DNA of 64,000 nt from Candidatus Marinacidobacterales bacterium. GTDB lineage: Bacteria; Acidobacteriota; Vicinamibacteria; Marinacidobacterales; DATDRI01. The number at the start of each line of letters is the position of its first letter. Positions within the stretch are counted from its first letter, which is position 1. Positions 40,414 to 50,395 of this stretch are shown here, piece after piece. Made by a program: the position numbers and the translations under genes. The stretch is from assembly GCA_965219415.1 (NCBI GenBank), contig CBDCNP010000002.1, positions 2,272,001 through 2,336,000 of the forward strand. Direction: 5' to 3'. The notes beneath the pieces are model-generated. The model did no database searches and was not told the origin of the DNA. It worked only from the letters and a program-made list of their open reading frames with translations.

Positions 40414-41056
40414 AGAAGGGCTTTGGTTCGCGTGCACCATCCATTGGCAGCAGCCAAAGGTCGCTGTTGTACTTCTCCGGAGTTCGCTGGAAGGCTAGTA
40501 TGCGGCCGACGGGGGACCAGGAGACTGGGGAACGCGTTTCGTCGCCCTCGGTGAGTCGCTCTGCAGTACCGCTCCCGTCCGCAGGTTTCCAGTACAGGTC
40601 CGTCGCGATCGGACTCGAACACCAAGCGCGTCCCATCTGGAGACCAGACCGGTGACCAGTCCTGAGCATCGGACAGCGTCAACCGGGTCAAAGTGCCGCG
40701 CCCAATGTCATAAAGCCATATATCCACGTTCTCTACTTGCTCGATCGTTATGGCAATCCGTCGGCCATCGGGGGAGATCCGAGGAGAGGAGTAGTAGCCT
40801 CGCTTTTCCGAGACGGGTTCGGCTTCCCCCGCGCGATCGACCCAGACGAGTGTGCTCTCGCTAGAATAGGATCCCGGCACATAGGCTAAGGTTCCGTTGT
40901 CGGAGATACTGAATCGCCCGTCTCCATAATCCAAAATGCCTTCAATAACCGGAACCTCGGGCCCAGTGACCTCGAGACGAGCGAGGTCGAAAGGCACCGC
41001 GAGAAGACTACCCGCCCGAGCGAAGACCAGATGGCTGGTTTCGATGTATCTTCCCA
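40414..41056 (-). pseudogene. Displaced internal PD40-repeat segment of a kinase receptor
   Basis: GRY..SHLVF...AVPFDL...LVWVDR...SPDG...LYWKPADG...REPKP; collinear with receptor 1 at ~28848-29495. Confidence 0.85.
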
Positions 41057-41208
41057 AGAAGCGCGAGCTTTTCCTTGATGACCCGCGCCTTGTCCTCGGC
41101 AAGGGTGAGAGGTGGACGGCTGTAGTCTGGTTCCTTTCGATACAGCCGTACTTCGGTTCGTTTGAAAAGGGGCTCGCCCCACGGGTCTTGGAGGGCAGGA
41201 TCTGTCAC
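41057..41208 (-). pseudogene. Probable N-terminus of the GH13 gene continued at 40413
   Basis: EPDYSRP...IKEKLALL reads on plausibly into Y-AERAEACYSEIERIL; GTGA overlap with an upstream gene remnant. Confidence 0.6.
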
Positions 41209-41307
41209 CTGTCGGAGGTTGGTCGGACGTCGAGGGTACTCTTGTACAGCTTGCCACCTTTAATGAGAGAAGTGACGTAGACCCGCACCGGGCTCATCGT
41301 GCGCGTC

Positions 41308-42819
41308 TTACGTGCTTCGGGGCACCTGCAGGTCCGGCATCGGGGCCGCCCGGAACAACCGTCTGAGGGGCGAGGCGATCCACTGCGTCCACCTCTTGGC
41401 CTTCTTCGTTCGGGCACTGTCGGTGGCGAAACCGGATTTTGCATACATCTGCCGGTAGAGCTTGGAGACCAACAAGAAGGACAGCCGTCCGCGAATCGAC
41501 TTGGTGATGTTGGAGCGCTCCCAAATAGACGGCAGCCTGTAGAAACGGTCCCAGACTCCCTGCGTGCGTCGCGTGATTTCGGCGGCCGACATGAGCGGGT
41601 GGGGCGTGTACATCTTGGGGCGAAGCGGCTGCGGGATGAGCCAATATCGGCTCACGGGCACGCCTGCAACCTTGTCTCCTTTGATCTTCACCTCTTTTTC
41701 CCAGCTCTGGAAATCAACCGTGCCGGGAAGGGGGATGAGCGGCAGAAACTGAGCGAACACCACACCAGCTCTGTGCGCGACATCGGCGGTGAGATTAAAC
41801 GTGTCGGGTCGGTCGGTGGATAGTCCGAAGATAAAAGAGCCCAGGATGTAGACCTTGTGCTCGCGAAATCGCTGCAGCTGCCTTACCAGATCGTCCCCAG
41901 CCCTGTTGAAGTCCTTGAAGACCGATTTCAGTCCCTCCGGAGTCACAGATTCGACGCCGACCAAGGCGCCCTTGATGTTCGCCTTGTTCATCGCTTCCAA
42001 GAACTCGAGGTCGTCGGCGGCTTCCATCGTGATCTGAGTCATGAACACTAGATCGCTCGGCAGCTCGGCGAGACGGGCCATCAAATCGAACCGTTCCTGT
42101 CGGATGGCCTCTAATTCGTGCAGCCGGCTCTTGTCCTCGCGTTTAGCCGCAAGCTCTAGGTCTTCCAGCGTCACCGGATAGAAATTGTCGTCGGCGAGCG
42201 CGATGAAGCGAAACCCCATGCGGCGAAGCTCGACGATCTCTTCGAGCACGACGTCCGCGGCGCGTTGCCTCGGACGCTGCCCGTCGGTTCGCCAAACCGA
42301 GCAGAAAGAGCAATGCTTCGGGCACCCTCGCACCGTCTGCACCGAAGCCAACATGTACTTGTCGGTGGGCATGAGATCCCAACGGGCGGCCTTGAAGTCT
42401 TCCGGCTCGATGAGCCCACCTTCGTATATCTCGCGAGGTCCGCCGTTGTTACAGTCGGCGAGCACGTCTCCCCACACCCGATCGCCATCACCCTTCACGA
42501 CACCGTGAGCCCCCCCCAGCTCGATGGATTCCTGGGGATAGAGTGACGCGTGAACGCCTCCGAAGATGACGCGGGCACCCGCCTCACGCGCCATCTTCCC
42601 TACTTTGTAGCCGCGCAGCGCGTTTAGAGTATGGATGCCAATCCCGACCACGTCTCCCGCCTCAACCGTGGCAGGATCAAAATGCTCGATCGTCTCATCT
42701 ATGATGCGAGGGTCTCCATATTGGCGTGGAGTTGCACCGGCAAGGACAAAGAGCCAGCGTGGGGTGATGACACTCATACCGAACGACAAGTCGCTCGGAT
42801 TAACCAGATGTACCGTCAT
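41308..42819 (-). CDS. B12-binding radical SAM protein
   Basis: GGVHAS B12-domain motif, QTVRGCPKHCSFC, ADDNF, GVES, FIFG. Confidence 0.88.
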   Translation of the reverse strand: MTVHLVNPSDLSFGMSVITPRWLFVLAGATPRQYGDPRIIDETIEHFDPATVEAGDVVGIGIHTLNALRGYKVGKMAREAGARVIFGGVHASLYPQESIELGGAHGVVKGDGDRVWGDVLADCNNGGPREIYEGGLIEPEDFKAARWDLMPTDKYMLASVQTVRGCPKHCSFCSVWRTDGQRPRQRAADVVLEEIVELRRMGFRFIALADDNFYPVTLEDLELAAKREDKSRLHELEAIRQERFDLMARLAELPSDLVFMTQITMEAADDLEFLEAMNKANIKGALVGVESVTPEGLKSVFKDFNRAGDDLVRQLQRFREHKVYILGSFIFGLSTDRPDTFNLTADVAHRAGVVFAQFLPLIPLPGTVDFQSWEKEVKIKGDKVAGVPVSRYWLIPQPLRPKMYTPHPLMSAAEITRRTQGVWDRFYRLPSIWERSNITKSIRGRLSFLLVSKLYRQMYAKSGFATDSARTKKAKRWTQWIASPLRRLFRAAPMPDLQVPRST

Positions 42820-43000
42820 AAAGAATTCCTCGAAAAAGGCGACCGTCAGCAGCTAATTTTCAAGTGACCGAGTAGGCGCCGCCAGCGGGAGAACCCTGCA
42901 AAACCGGTCAAAAGTGGCTCCCAGGGCCAGCGACCCCGAGGTGATGTGGAGAATACTGGAGATGTTGGCAGGCTGTCAAGGCAAGGGAGGCGCCAGGCGG

Positions 43001-44092
43001 CTGCCTTGGTGCACAACTAGCGATCTCGGTCCACAATTGTCCTGTACTCGCGGATACGAGGTTCCCCATGAGCATTTTCAAACGCACTCAGCGGGAAGTA
43101 TGTGAAGAAGGCCTATCGCGTGAGGAATTGGCGTGAATATGAGGCGGGTCTACGCAACCGCGGGAGCCTGACCGTCTGGATCTCGCTCACCGCCGGCAAG
43201 CTTGTGAACTGGGACGCGCCCCGGCCAAGGAGGAGGAAACCGGGCCGTCAACGCAAGTACTCGAACCACGCCATCGAGACGGCTGTCACCCTGGGCATGG
43301 TGTTTCATCTGTCATCTAGGCAGAGCGAGGGATTGCTGCGGTCGTTGTTCGCTCTGATGAAGCTAGACAGTGATGTGCCCGATCACACCACGATCTCGAG
43401 GCGCAAGCCGAAGCTGGGTAAGGTCCCCTTCTACCCAGTCAAGCAGAAGACGCCGTTGCACATCTTGTTCGACAGCAGCGGTCTCGCTGTCCACGCCGGC
43501 CAGCTGCGCAGAGCACAAAAGAGCAGGGACTATCGCAAGCTCCATCTGTGTGTCGACGAGCAGAGTGGCGAAGTCGTCGCCGGCGAGCTGACGAGCAAAA
43601 GAGCCCGCGATTCATCGCGGGTTGCATCGCTTGTCGGACAGATCGACAGTCCCATCTCATCGGCCAGAGCTGACACCGCATACGACGCCGGCGGCGTCTA
43701 TGAGGCAATCGAGAATCACAGCGCTCATCGCTCGCCGAGGGTGCTGATACCGCCGCGCAAGGGCGCCCTGCTCGCATCGGGGCCGGCGAGCAGCCGACAG
43801 CGCAATCGCAACATTGCAGCACAAGCTCGGCTCGGCAAACGAAAGTGGCACACAGAATCGGGCTACAGCAAACGGAGCAAAGTCGAGACAACGTTCCATC
43901 GCTACAAGGCTTTATCGTGGGCTCAGCGATGCGAGCGAGAGGGTTGGCGGCACAGAGAGGTGAGGCAAGGATCGGGTGCAAGATTCTCAACACCATGACG
44001 GCGCTCGGGATGCCTGATAGCGAGATGATCGGATGATGGGAGTCGGGGCCAAGCGAGCTCTCGGCCTCTATCGGAGTTGTGCACCAAGGCAG
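43001..44092 (+). mobile_element. IS5 family (IS903 group) element, copy 2; transposase 43102-44036 with frameshift ~43911
   Basis: Near-identical inverted copy of 33303-34393 with the same TIRs. Confidence 0.92.
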
Positions 44093-44618
44093 GTATTTCC
44101 TCGATACTCCTGTGGAGGAGGCGCTCGCCACCATCGACGTTAATAGCAAGGCGCCGCTGCAGCTGAGTCACCACTTCGCTCAGGGAATGCGCGCCCGAGG
44201 CCGGGGCGGCATCTTGTTCATGTCTTCTATCGTCGCCTTTCAAGGTGTGCCCTACATTGCGAACTACGCGGCAACCAAGGCTTACGATCTTGTGCTTGCG
44301 GAGAGCCTTTCCGCCGAGTTGCGGCAGTGGAACATCGACGTCGGTGTCATTGCGCCGGGTTTCACCGAAACCGAGCTCTCCCCGGACTTTAACTTCGACG
44401 GCCTGCCCATGAAGCCCATGTCCGCGGACCAAGTTGCGCGAGAAGGAATCGAAAGTCTCGGTCGTTCTCGCCTAACGGTTCCGGGGGTGATCAACAAGCT
44501 CCTGTACTCCGTTGGCAAGTACCTTCAGACAAGACGAATGAGTACGTATGGATTCGGTCGCGTATTTGGGCGCGTGCTGCGGCTCAAACTGAACCCAAAG
44601 GACACCCATATCGGTTGA
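44093..44618 (+). pseudogene. SDR oxidoreductase, 5' half replaced by IS
   Basis: MSS, YAATK, APGFTET; no Rossmann TGxxxG; abuts the TIR. Confidence 0.8.
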
Positions 44619-44630
44619 AGAGAGGTCGTT

Positions 44631-45374
44631 ATGAAAGACTCAATGTTGCCGTTCTTGTTTATCGCCCAGATCGCGCTCATCTGGTCCGCCGTGCGGCGCA
44701 CCCGCAGAGCCGGCAAGATATCGGGCTCGCAATTGGCGTCGCTTTACACGGTCGTCGGCTTGCTGGCCTTGTGGACGCCGGTCAGCGCCCTTTTTGCACT
44801 CAGCGGGATCTATACATCTCCCGCAGTTCTAGAGAACCTGCCCGGCCTTTGGGTAACCATGGTGCCGGTGGTGGTCTTAATGGTCCCGTGGATCGCCTCC
44901 GCCTCCTTTAGAGACTCCATCCATAAAGTCATCGACGCGGTCGGCTTGCATAACGTCGTACTCTTCGAAGGCCTGCGCGTGCTGGCTATCGGCGGCATCG
45001 TGAAAGGCCTGCGCGGAGAATTTTCAGCAGAGTTAGCTTTCTATCTCGGGATACCCGATCTCATCTTTGGGGCGCTGTCCCTGTGGTCGGGGTACAAGCT
45101 CTACAAGGGCTCGCTGCCGCTCAAGTGGGTGCTTGCCCTCAACGCCTACGGTTTCCTCATCATCGTGCCCGGAGGCGTGGTGCTGATGAACCTCGGCATT
45201 CCAGGCCCGTGGCATATCATTTATACCACGCCGGACATGGTATCGATGTTTCAATATCCGATGGCGCTGGCGCCTACGGCGGTGGTGCCGATCTTCGTCG
45301 TCATCAACAGCCTCATCGTCAACTATGTGCTGACGCACAACGAATTTCAGGCCGCGCCTAAGGCACGTCGATAG
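44631..45374 (+). CDS. Hypothetical integral membrane protein
   Basis: GAGG RBS; about 7 hydrophobic helices; YPMALAPTAVVP. Confidence 0.75.
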   Translation: MKDSMLPFLFIAQIALIWSAVRRTRRAGKISGSQLASLYTVVGLLALWTPVSALFALSGIYTSPAVLENLPGLWVTMVPVVVLMVPWIASASFRDSIHKVIDAVGLHNVVLFEGLRVLAIGGIVKGLRGEFSAELAFYLGIPDLIFGALSLWSGYKLYKGSLPLKWVLALNAYGFLIIVPGGVVLMNLGIPGPWHIIYTTPDMVSMFQYPMALAPTAVVPIFVVINSLIVNYVLTHNEFQAAPKARR

Positions 45375-45870
45375 TCACTTCGTTGGAGTGCAACGTTCCG
45401 GTCCATGCATCCACATCAACACGCGCACTCTTTTCAGTATCGAAGTACGAGTTCATCCAGACTTTGTAGTCCATAGACAATGTGTAGGTCCCTTGAGCGA
45501 CAGCATCGCCGGTCCAAAATGAGACATCGAAGTGTTTCGGCAGCGACTCCCCGGCCTTGATTAGGACGAAGCTCTCTTTCGTAGGAGGCGCTGGGTCTGA
45601 GATGCGATAGGCAATCTCAATCGGCTCTCCGTCGGGCCCGTCAAGTAGTAGGTTGGGGTCCCGGTGGCTTCGAAGTCATAGAACAAAGCGGTCCTGCTCG
45701 CTGATATTTTGTATTTCTCCTGTGACGGAGAACACGGCTTCTTTGCTGGTTGGATACTGCGTGGTCGGGATCTCGTCTACGTCATACGATGACGGCTCTG
45801 CTGTGATGACGAACCGCAACGGTTGGACGTCGTCACTCGATGAGTCTTGCGCCGCAGCGAAGAAAGCCTG
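45358..45870 (-). pseudogene. Fragment of a secreted Ig-like protein with in-frame TGA at 45676-45678
   Basis: Frame stays open ~105 codons beyond TGA to GTYTLSMDY...WTGTLHSNEVTIDVP*. Confidence 0.5.
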
Positions 45871-46990
45871 CGCTAGCTCGCGAAGCACCGTCCGGAGGCT
45901 GTTGTCGAGCACGATGCGGTATTGCCCGGCGGCGCGTTCCATCCAGCTCTTATCGAGATACAGCTCGCCGAGCAGGGCATGGGCCCTCATGCGATACTCC
46001 CAATCGTCTTGCTCGGCGCGCGCCAGCGCCGCTTCTAGAAAGGCCATAGCCTCATCTGCCCGCTCCGTTTGCTTGAGCGCGCGCGCCCATTGAACCGCGA
46101 AGACGATCGAGTCGCCGAGCTCGGCCGCCTCCGCCACGAGCTTGGCCGCCTGAGCCGCCGCTTCTCGATTCTCGCCCATCAGCTTTCTCGCTTCATCCAG
46201 CTTTTGCCATCCTTCCGCCAGTCCCTTCGGCCAGACCCGAAGCAATGGCGTGGGCTGGAAGACGAGGATGCGGGAAGAGCCAAGCCTTCCGGCGGTTAGG
46301 CGCGTCTGGTTGGACTGCAGTCGTTCCACACCCGATTGCTTTTCCTCCCAGGGACCGAGCGGGCCGAGCGAGCGCGGAAGGGCCAAGAAACCGTCGAGCC
46401 GATAGTGCATCGGTATCGTCACGGCCGGGTTCAAGGCGTCGCGGATAGCCGCGACCTCAACCGTTTTGAGGATGTGCTCGAGCCCGTCGACGGGAAGCAT
46501 CAGAACGTCAATCCGGCCTATTTCCTTCAAGTTCTCTTCGGTGAGCGGACCCTTGTCACCGAGGTGCACGATGCGGAGGCCTCCGGTCTCCACGATCCAG
46601 ATGGTGTTCTTCTGTTCGAAGTCCTTCCCATAAGGATCGGCATGACGACCCACGATGCCCTGCAGCCCGACGTCGCCCATCGAGAAACTCCCAGCCTCGC
46701 GAAACACCGGAACGGCATCGCCCCAGTAGTAGGACGCGTCGTGATCATAGTGAGGATGCGTCACCAGAACGGCGTTCGCCTCGACGTTTTGGGGGAAGCC
46801 GTAACCGAGCCAGCGCTGCGCGTTGTACGGATCGATGACGACGCGCGTCCCCGCGGGCGATTCGATGACGAAACAGGCGTGAGCGATTGTACTCGATGCC
46901 GACCTCGGCAGCGACGGTTCCGACGGCGACAAGGATGAGGACAAAGCCGAGCGTCGCGATGGCCAAGATCGAAACGAGACGTCTTTTCAC
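45870..46990 (-). CDS. Secreted MBL-fold metallo-hydrolase with TPR-like tail (frameshift ~46888; 3' end uncertain)
   Basis: Signal peptide in 46990 frame; HACF, VIDPY, THPHYDH, HLGD, IPMHY. Confidence 0.8.
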
Positions 46991-47280
46991 AAAACCCTCC
47001 TCGAGAGGCTACCTTGAGAGCTGTATGGCCGAAACAAGGTTAGGTCTTGGCGCTATGCAAAGCTACCGGTCTCCCCGCGCGTTCGCGTCCGTGCGAGAAC
47101 CCGCTGCCCCGCCGCAACGAACTGTCCGCTTCCATGGCGGGTGGATACCAAGCGAATGTAGCGGACGCGACAAGCTTGAACCTTTATAGCTGTTTGTGTG
47201 GTTCGACGCCCCACTTCGGTCCGGCTCTGAAAGCACGGAGCGTCAGGCGATTTTCATTCGGATCAAGGGCTGGGGCAAAT

Positions 47281-47335
47281 TGGATGGAAATGGATGGACA
47301 AATGGATGGGGCTGTGTCATCCTCTAAATGGATGG
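47281..47335 (+). repeat. Four TGGATGG direct repeats upstream of Fic gene
   Basis: Copies at 47281, 47291, 47303, 47329. Confidence 0.65.
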
Positions 47336-47349
47336 AATTGGAGGTCAAA

Positions 47350-48408
47350 ATGGCGGACGGCATCCGGACCCACACGCTAGCAATCACGCCCGAGATTCTC
47401 AAACTCATCGCGGAGATCGATGAATTCAAGGGTGCGTGGACTGCCATCGGGCGGATATCACCAGAGCGACTCTCCTCGCTGCGTCGTGTTGCCACCATCG
47501 AGAGTATCGGTTCATCGACGCGGATCGAAGGGGCAAAACTGAGCGACAAGGAGGTCGAGCGCCTACTTGCCAATCTGGAAATGAAGGCTTTCGCTTCCCG
47601 CGACGAAGAGGAGGTTGCCGGCTACGCGGAAGTCATGGAGACGCTATTTGAACAGTGGCAGGACATCACGCTAACCGAGAACCACCTCAAGCAACTGCAT
47701 CGCGACCTGCTCCAATACACTTCGAAGGATAAGCGGCATCGTAGGGAATACAAGACGCTAGACAACCATGTTGAAGCGTTTGGCCCAGATGGCGAGAGCC
47801 TCGGCGTCGTCTTTCAGACGCCGAGCCCGTTCGATACGCCGCGCCTGATGGCAGAGCTGATTGATTGGACGCGAGAAGGCCTGGAAACGCAGGATCTGCA
47901 TCCGGTCATTGTCGTCGCGCTCTTCATCGTCGTGTTCTTGGAGATTCATCCGTTTCAGGACGGTAATGGTCGCCTGTCACGCGTCCTGACAACGCTGCTG
48001 CTGCTACGGGCGGGCTATGCCTATGTGCCTTATAGCTCGCTCGAGAGCGTGATAGAGCAAAGCAAGGATGCGTACTATCTCGCGTTGCGGGGAACGCAAG
48101 GGACCATCCGCACAGATACGCCGGATTGGCAGCCCTGGCTCTGCTTCTTCCTGAAGTCCCTTCAGAGACAGAAAGCGCGGCTCGAGAAAAAGATTGAGCG
48201 GGAGCGTCTCATTTTCGGCGATTTGCCGGAGCTCTCGGTACAGATCCTCGAACTGTGCCGTGAGCACGGACGGGTCACCGTCGCCCAAGCTGCGAAAGTC
48301 ACGAGGGCGAACCGGAACACGATTAAAGACCATCTCAAAGCGCTAACCAGCGCCGGCCATCTAAAGCAGCACGGGGCCGGCCGGGGGGCATGGTACGGCG
48401 TTACGTAA
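47350..48408 (+). CDS. Fic-domain protein with C-terminal winged HTH
   Basis: HPFQDGNGRLSR; SSTRIEG inhibitory-helix motif; GGAGG RBS. Confidence 0.92.
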   Translation: MADGIRTHTLAITPEILKLIAEIDEFKGAWTAIGRISPERLSSLRRVATIESIGSSTRIEGAKLSDKEVERLLANLEMKAFASRDEEEVAGYAEVMETLFEQWQDITLTENHLKQLHRDLLQYTSKDKRHRREYKTLDNHVEAFGPDGESLGVVFQTPSPFDTPRLMAELIDWTREGLETQDLHPVIVVALFIVVFLEIHPFQDGNGRLSRVLTTLLLLRAGYAYVPYSSLESVIEQSKDAYYLALRGTQGTIRTDTPDWQPWLCFFLKSLQRQKARLEKKIERERLIFGDLPELSVQILELCREHGRVTVAQAAKVTRANRNTIKDHLKALTSAGHLKQHGAGRGAWYGVT

Positions 48409-48721
48409 GCGCGGGCGATTGGATTCATTGGCGGTGGGTCGGAGGCGGAATGGTCCACTTGGCAACAAGCAGGTCACCGGGGCAGTCAGCGGGTCTCACT
48501 AGATCCCGAGGGCCTCTGGAGGTCCTTAGGGCCGGCGACCGGCGGATAAGATCCCGCCCATGATCGGCGTCAACTACCTTTCCCGTTCGGGAATTTTAAT
48601 TGTCGCTGATCACGCACAACTACTTCGAAGCGCGGCCCTGCCGGCGGGGCTTAGGGTTGGGGTTGCTTCGAAGGACTGCCCCACCGCAAACAAACCCCAG
48701 GGTAACGACAATCTAGCGAGT

Positions 48722-49210
48722 CTTCTCGAAGAGTAGCCCACCGCCGCGAACATACCGGAGTCCGGCACCGGCACCACGACATCGGCATCCACCGCGGTTT
48801 CCTCGGCCAAGCGTTTTCCCATCTCGATACGAGAAACGTGGACGCTTCGGCCGAAGACAACGCTGTCCGCCGGGAGAAGTAGACGTGCTCGAAGACGCAT
48901 TGGCGGGGTTGTTCAGTCGCGAATGGACGGATCGATCGGAGTCCGTTCTTGTCGATGGCCACCAGCTCCCCGGGCTCGACCTCCCTGACATACGTCGCGT
49001 CGATGAGGTCCAGGGCACAGGTCTCGGAGCACAAAACCTAGCTATCGCCGAGCTTTCCGATAACGAGCGGGCGGAACCCTCGAGGATCGCGAACTTCGAA
49101 AAGCGCGTCCTTGAGTGAGGAAGAGTAGGGTGAAGGCTCCCTCCAACGGACGTAGCGCGTCTAAGAGAGCGTCTTCTACTTCCCTCTGATCCGATCTCGC
49201 GAAGCGGATA
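48722..49210 (-). pseudogene. purF: Amidophosphoribosyltransferase internal fragment
   Basis: DPRGFRPL, SETCALD, CVFEHVYF, VVPVPDSG; contains a stop and frameshifts. Confidence 0.85.
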
Positions 49211-49307
49211 AACAGCGGTAACCCCGCCCAAACATCCCAACTGCAGTTCCTACTTGCAGTTAGACAGCCTATGTTCCTTCGTGTAAATTGAAAGAGAGGT
49301 AAGCCCA

Positions 49308-49505
49308 GTGAAGTATAAAGTCGTGCTGAAGCACTCGGATGAAGGTGTGAGCGCCTCCGTACCGGGCCTACCGGGGTGCTGGTCCCAAGGCGCCACGGAA
49401 CAAGAGGCGCTCGACAATATCAAGGACGCGATTAGAGAGTACATCTCGGTCGTCGAGGATCAGGTCAAAGGAGCGGACGTCCGTGAGATCGAGATCACGG
49501 TGTAG
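49308..49505 (+). CDS. hicB: HicB-family antitoxin
   Basis: VPGLPGCWSQGATEQEALDNIKDAI. Confidence 0.9.
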   Translation: MKYKVVLKHSDEGVSASVPGLPGCWSQGATEQEALDNIKDAIREYISVVEDQVKGADVREIEITV

Positions 49506-49508
49506 GCG

Positions 49509-49721
49509 GTGGCCAGGATCCCGGGCATACCGCACCTCCGAGCGGTGCGGGCGCTGGAAAGGGCCGACTTCAAGGTCGTGCGTGAAGGGAAGCATGTCGT
49601 TATGAGCGATGGCGTTCGCATCCTCACGATCCCTCGGGCCAATCCGGTCAACGCGTACACCATGGGTGGAATTGTTCGTGACGCCGGACTCACCCCGGAA
49701 GCGTTCAAGAAGCTTCTGTAA
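49509..49721 (+). CDS. hicA: HicA-family toxin
   Basis: ALERADF.VVREGKH...TIP...IVRDAGLT. Confidence 0.85.
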   Translation: MARIPGIPHLRAVRALERADFKVVREGKHVVMSDGVRILTIPRANPVNAYTMGGIVRDAGLTPEAFKKLL

Positions 49722-49959
49722 TACTTGTCCACTCCTGTTTTCTCCCCTTATCGCCATTCCCTACATGCGTCCGCCGCGGCTACCCGTGTCGATTCGTAAC
49801 GGCCTGTCGCTCATCATCATTAACGGGTTCGCGGGCCAAAGCCTGTCGGCGGGCCAAGGCATCGGACGCTTGGTCGTTGCGAGGAAGGAAGACGAGAACG
49901 AACTCGTCAGTACCCGGACTGAGCCACCGCGAGCGCCCAGAGTTGTGCTAGGCCGCTTC

Positions 49960-50372
49960 CCGCCACTCGCAACGATGAAGCTAGGCGCAGCTCATCAAGC
50001 GGGTCTTTCAAACCAACCCTTTGAAATGTGAGGGTGGAGACACCCTCCGCGTCATCTCCTTCATCACCGAGCAGAAGGTCATTCGAAAAATCTTGGGTCA
50101 TTTGGAAAAGCGAAAGGCCGACTCCCGCGCTCCTCCTCAGCCTTAGCCTCGGTTTCTCCGCGACTCCCCCTTGTGCCCTCCCTCTGGCACCGGAAGGCAT
50201 ACCTGTGGTTTCATGCCCAAACGCCCCCGCCCAAAACTGCCCCAACTCGTTTTGTCTTCCCCGTGCACTTCTGCTACCTTCACCAACGCGCAATGAGGTG
50301 CCACCATCACTACCGAAAAGGGGAAAATGGCAGCCGAGCGCAGTCAGACAGGTTATGAATTCTCCTATCCTT
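49960..50372 (+). mobile_element. IS91-like (rolling-circle) element remnant: transposase C-terminus and ori-like end
   Basis: AQLIKRVFQTNP..C...RVISFITEQKVIRKILGHL...RAPP with stops; ends GAATTCTCCTATCC. Confidence 0.65.
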
Positions 50373-50395
50373 TATCCTTTCCTATCCTTACGTCT

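Noticed and set aside
39908-40669. Novel PD40-GH13 fusion protein suggested by the ORF track
   Set aside because: In-frame by-product of a junction; both parts are incomplete fragments.
28406-41056. Diversity-generating retroelement among similar PD40 segments
   Set aside because: No reverse transcriptase; copies differ throughout rather than only at adenines.
1560-45900. Proximity-ligation concatemer as the source of the junctions
   Set aside because: Seams do not consistently fall on GATC or CATG sites.
47160-47225. GTGGTTCGACGCCCCAC resembling a tRNA T-arm or att scar
   Set aside because: No acceptor stem, D-arm, anticodon arm or CCA could be folded; no integrase nearby.
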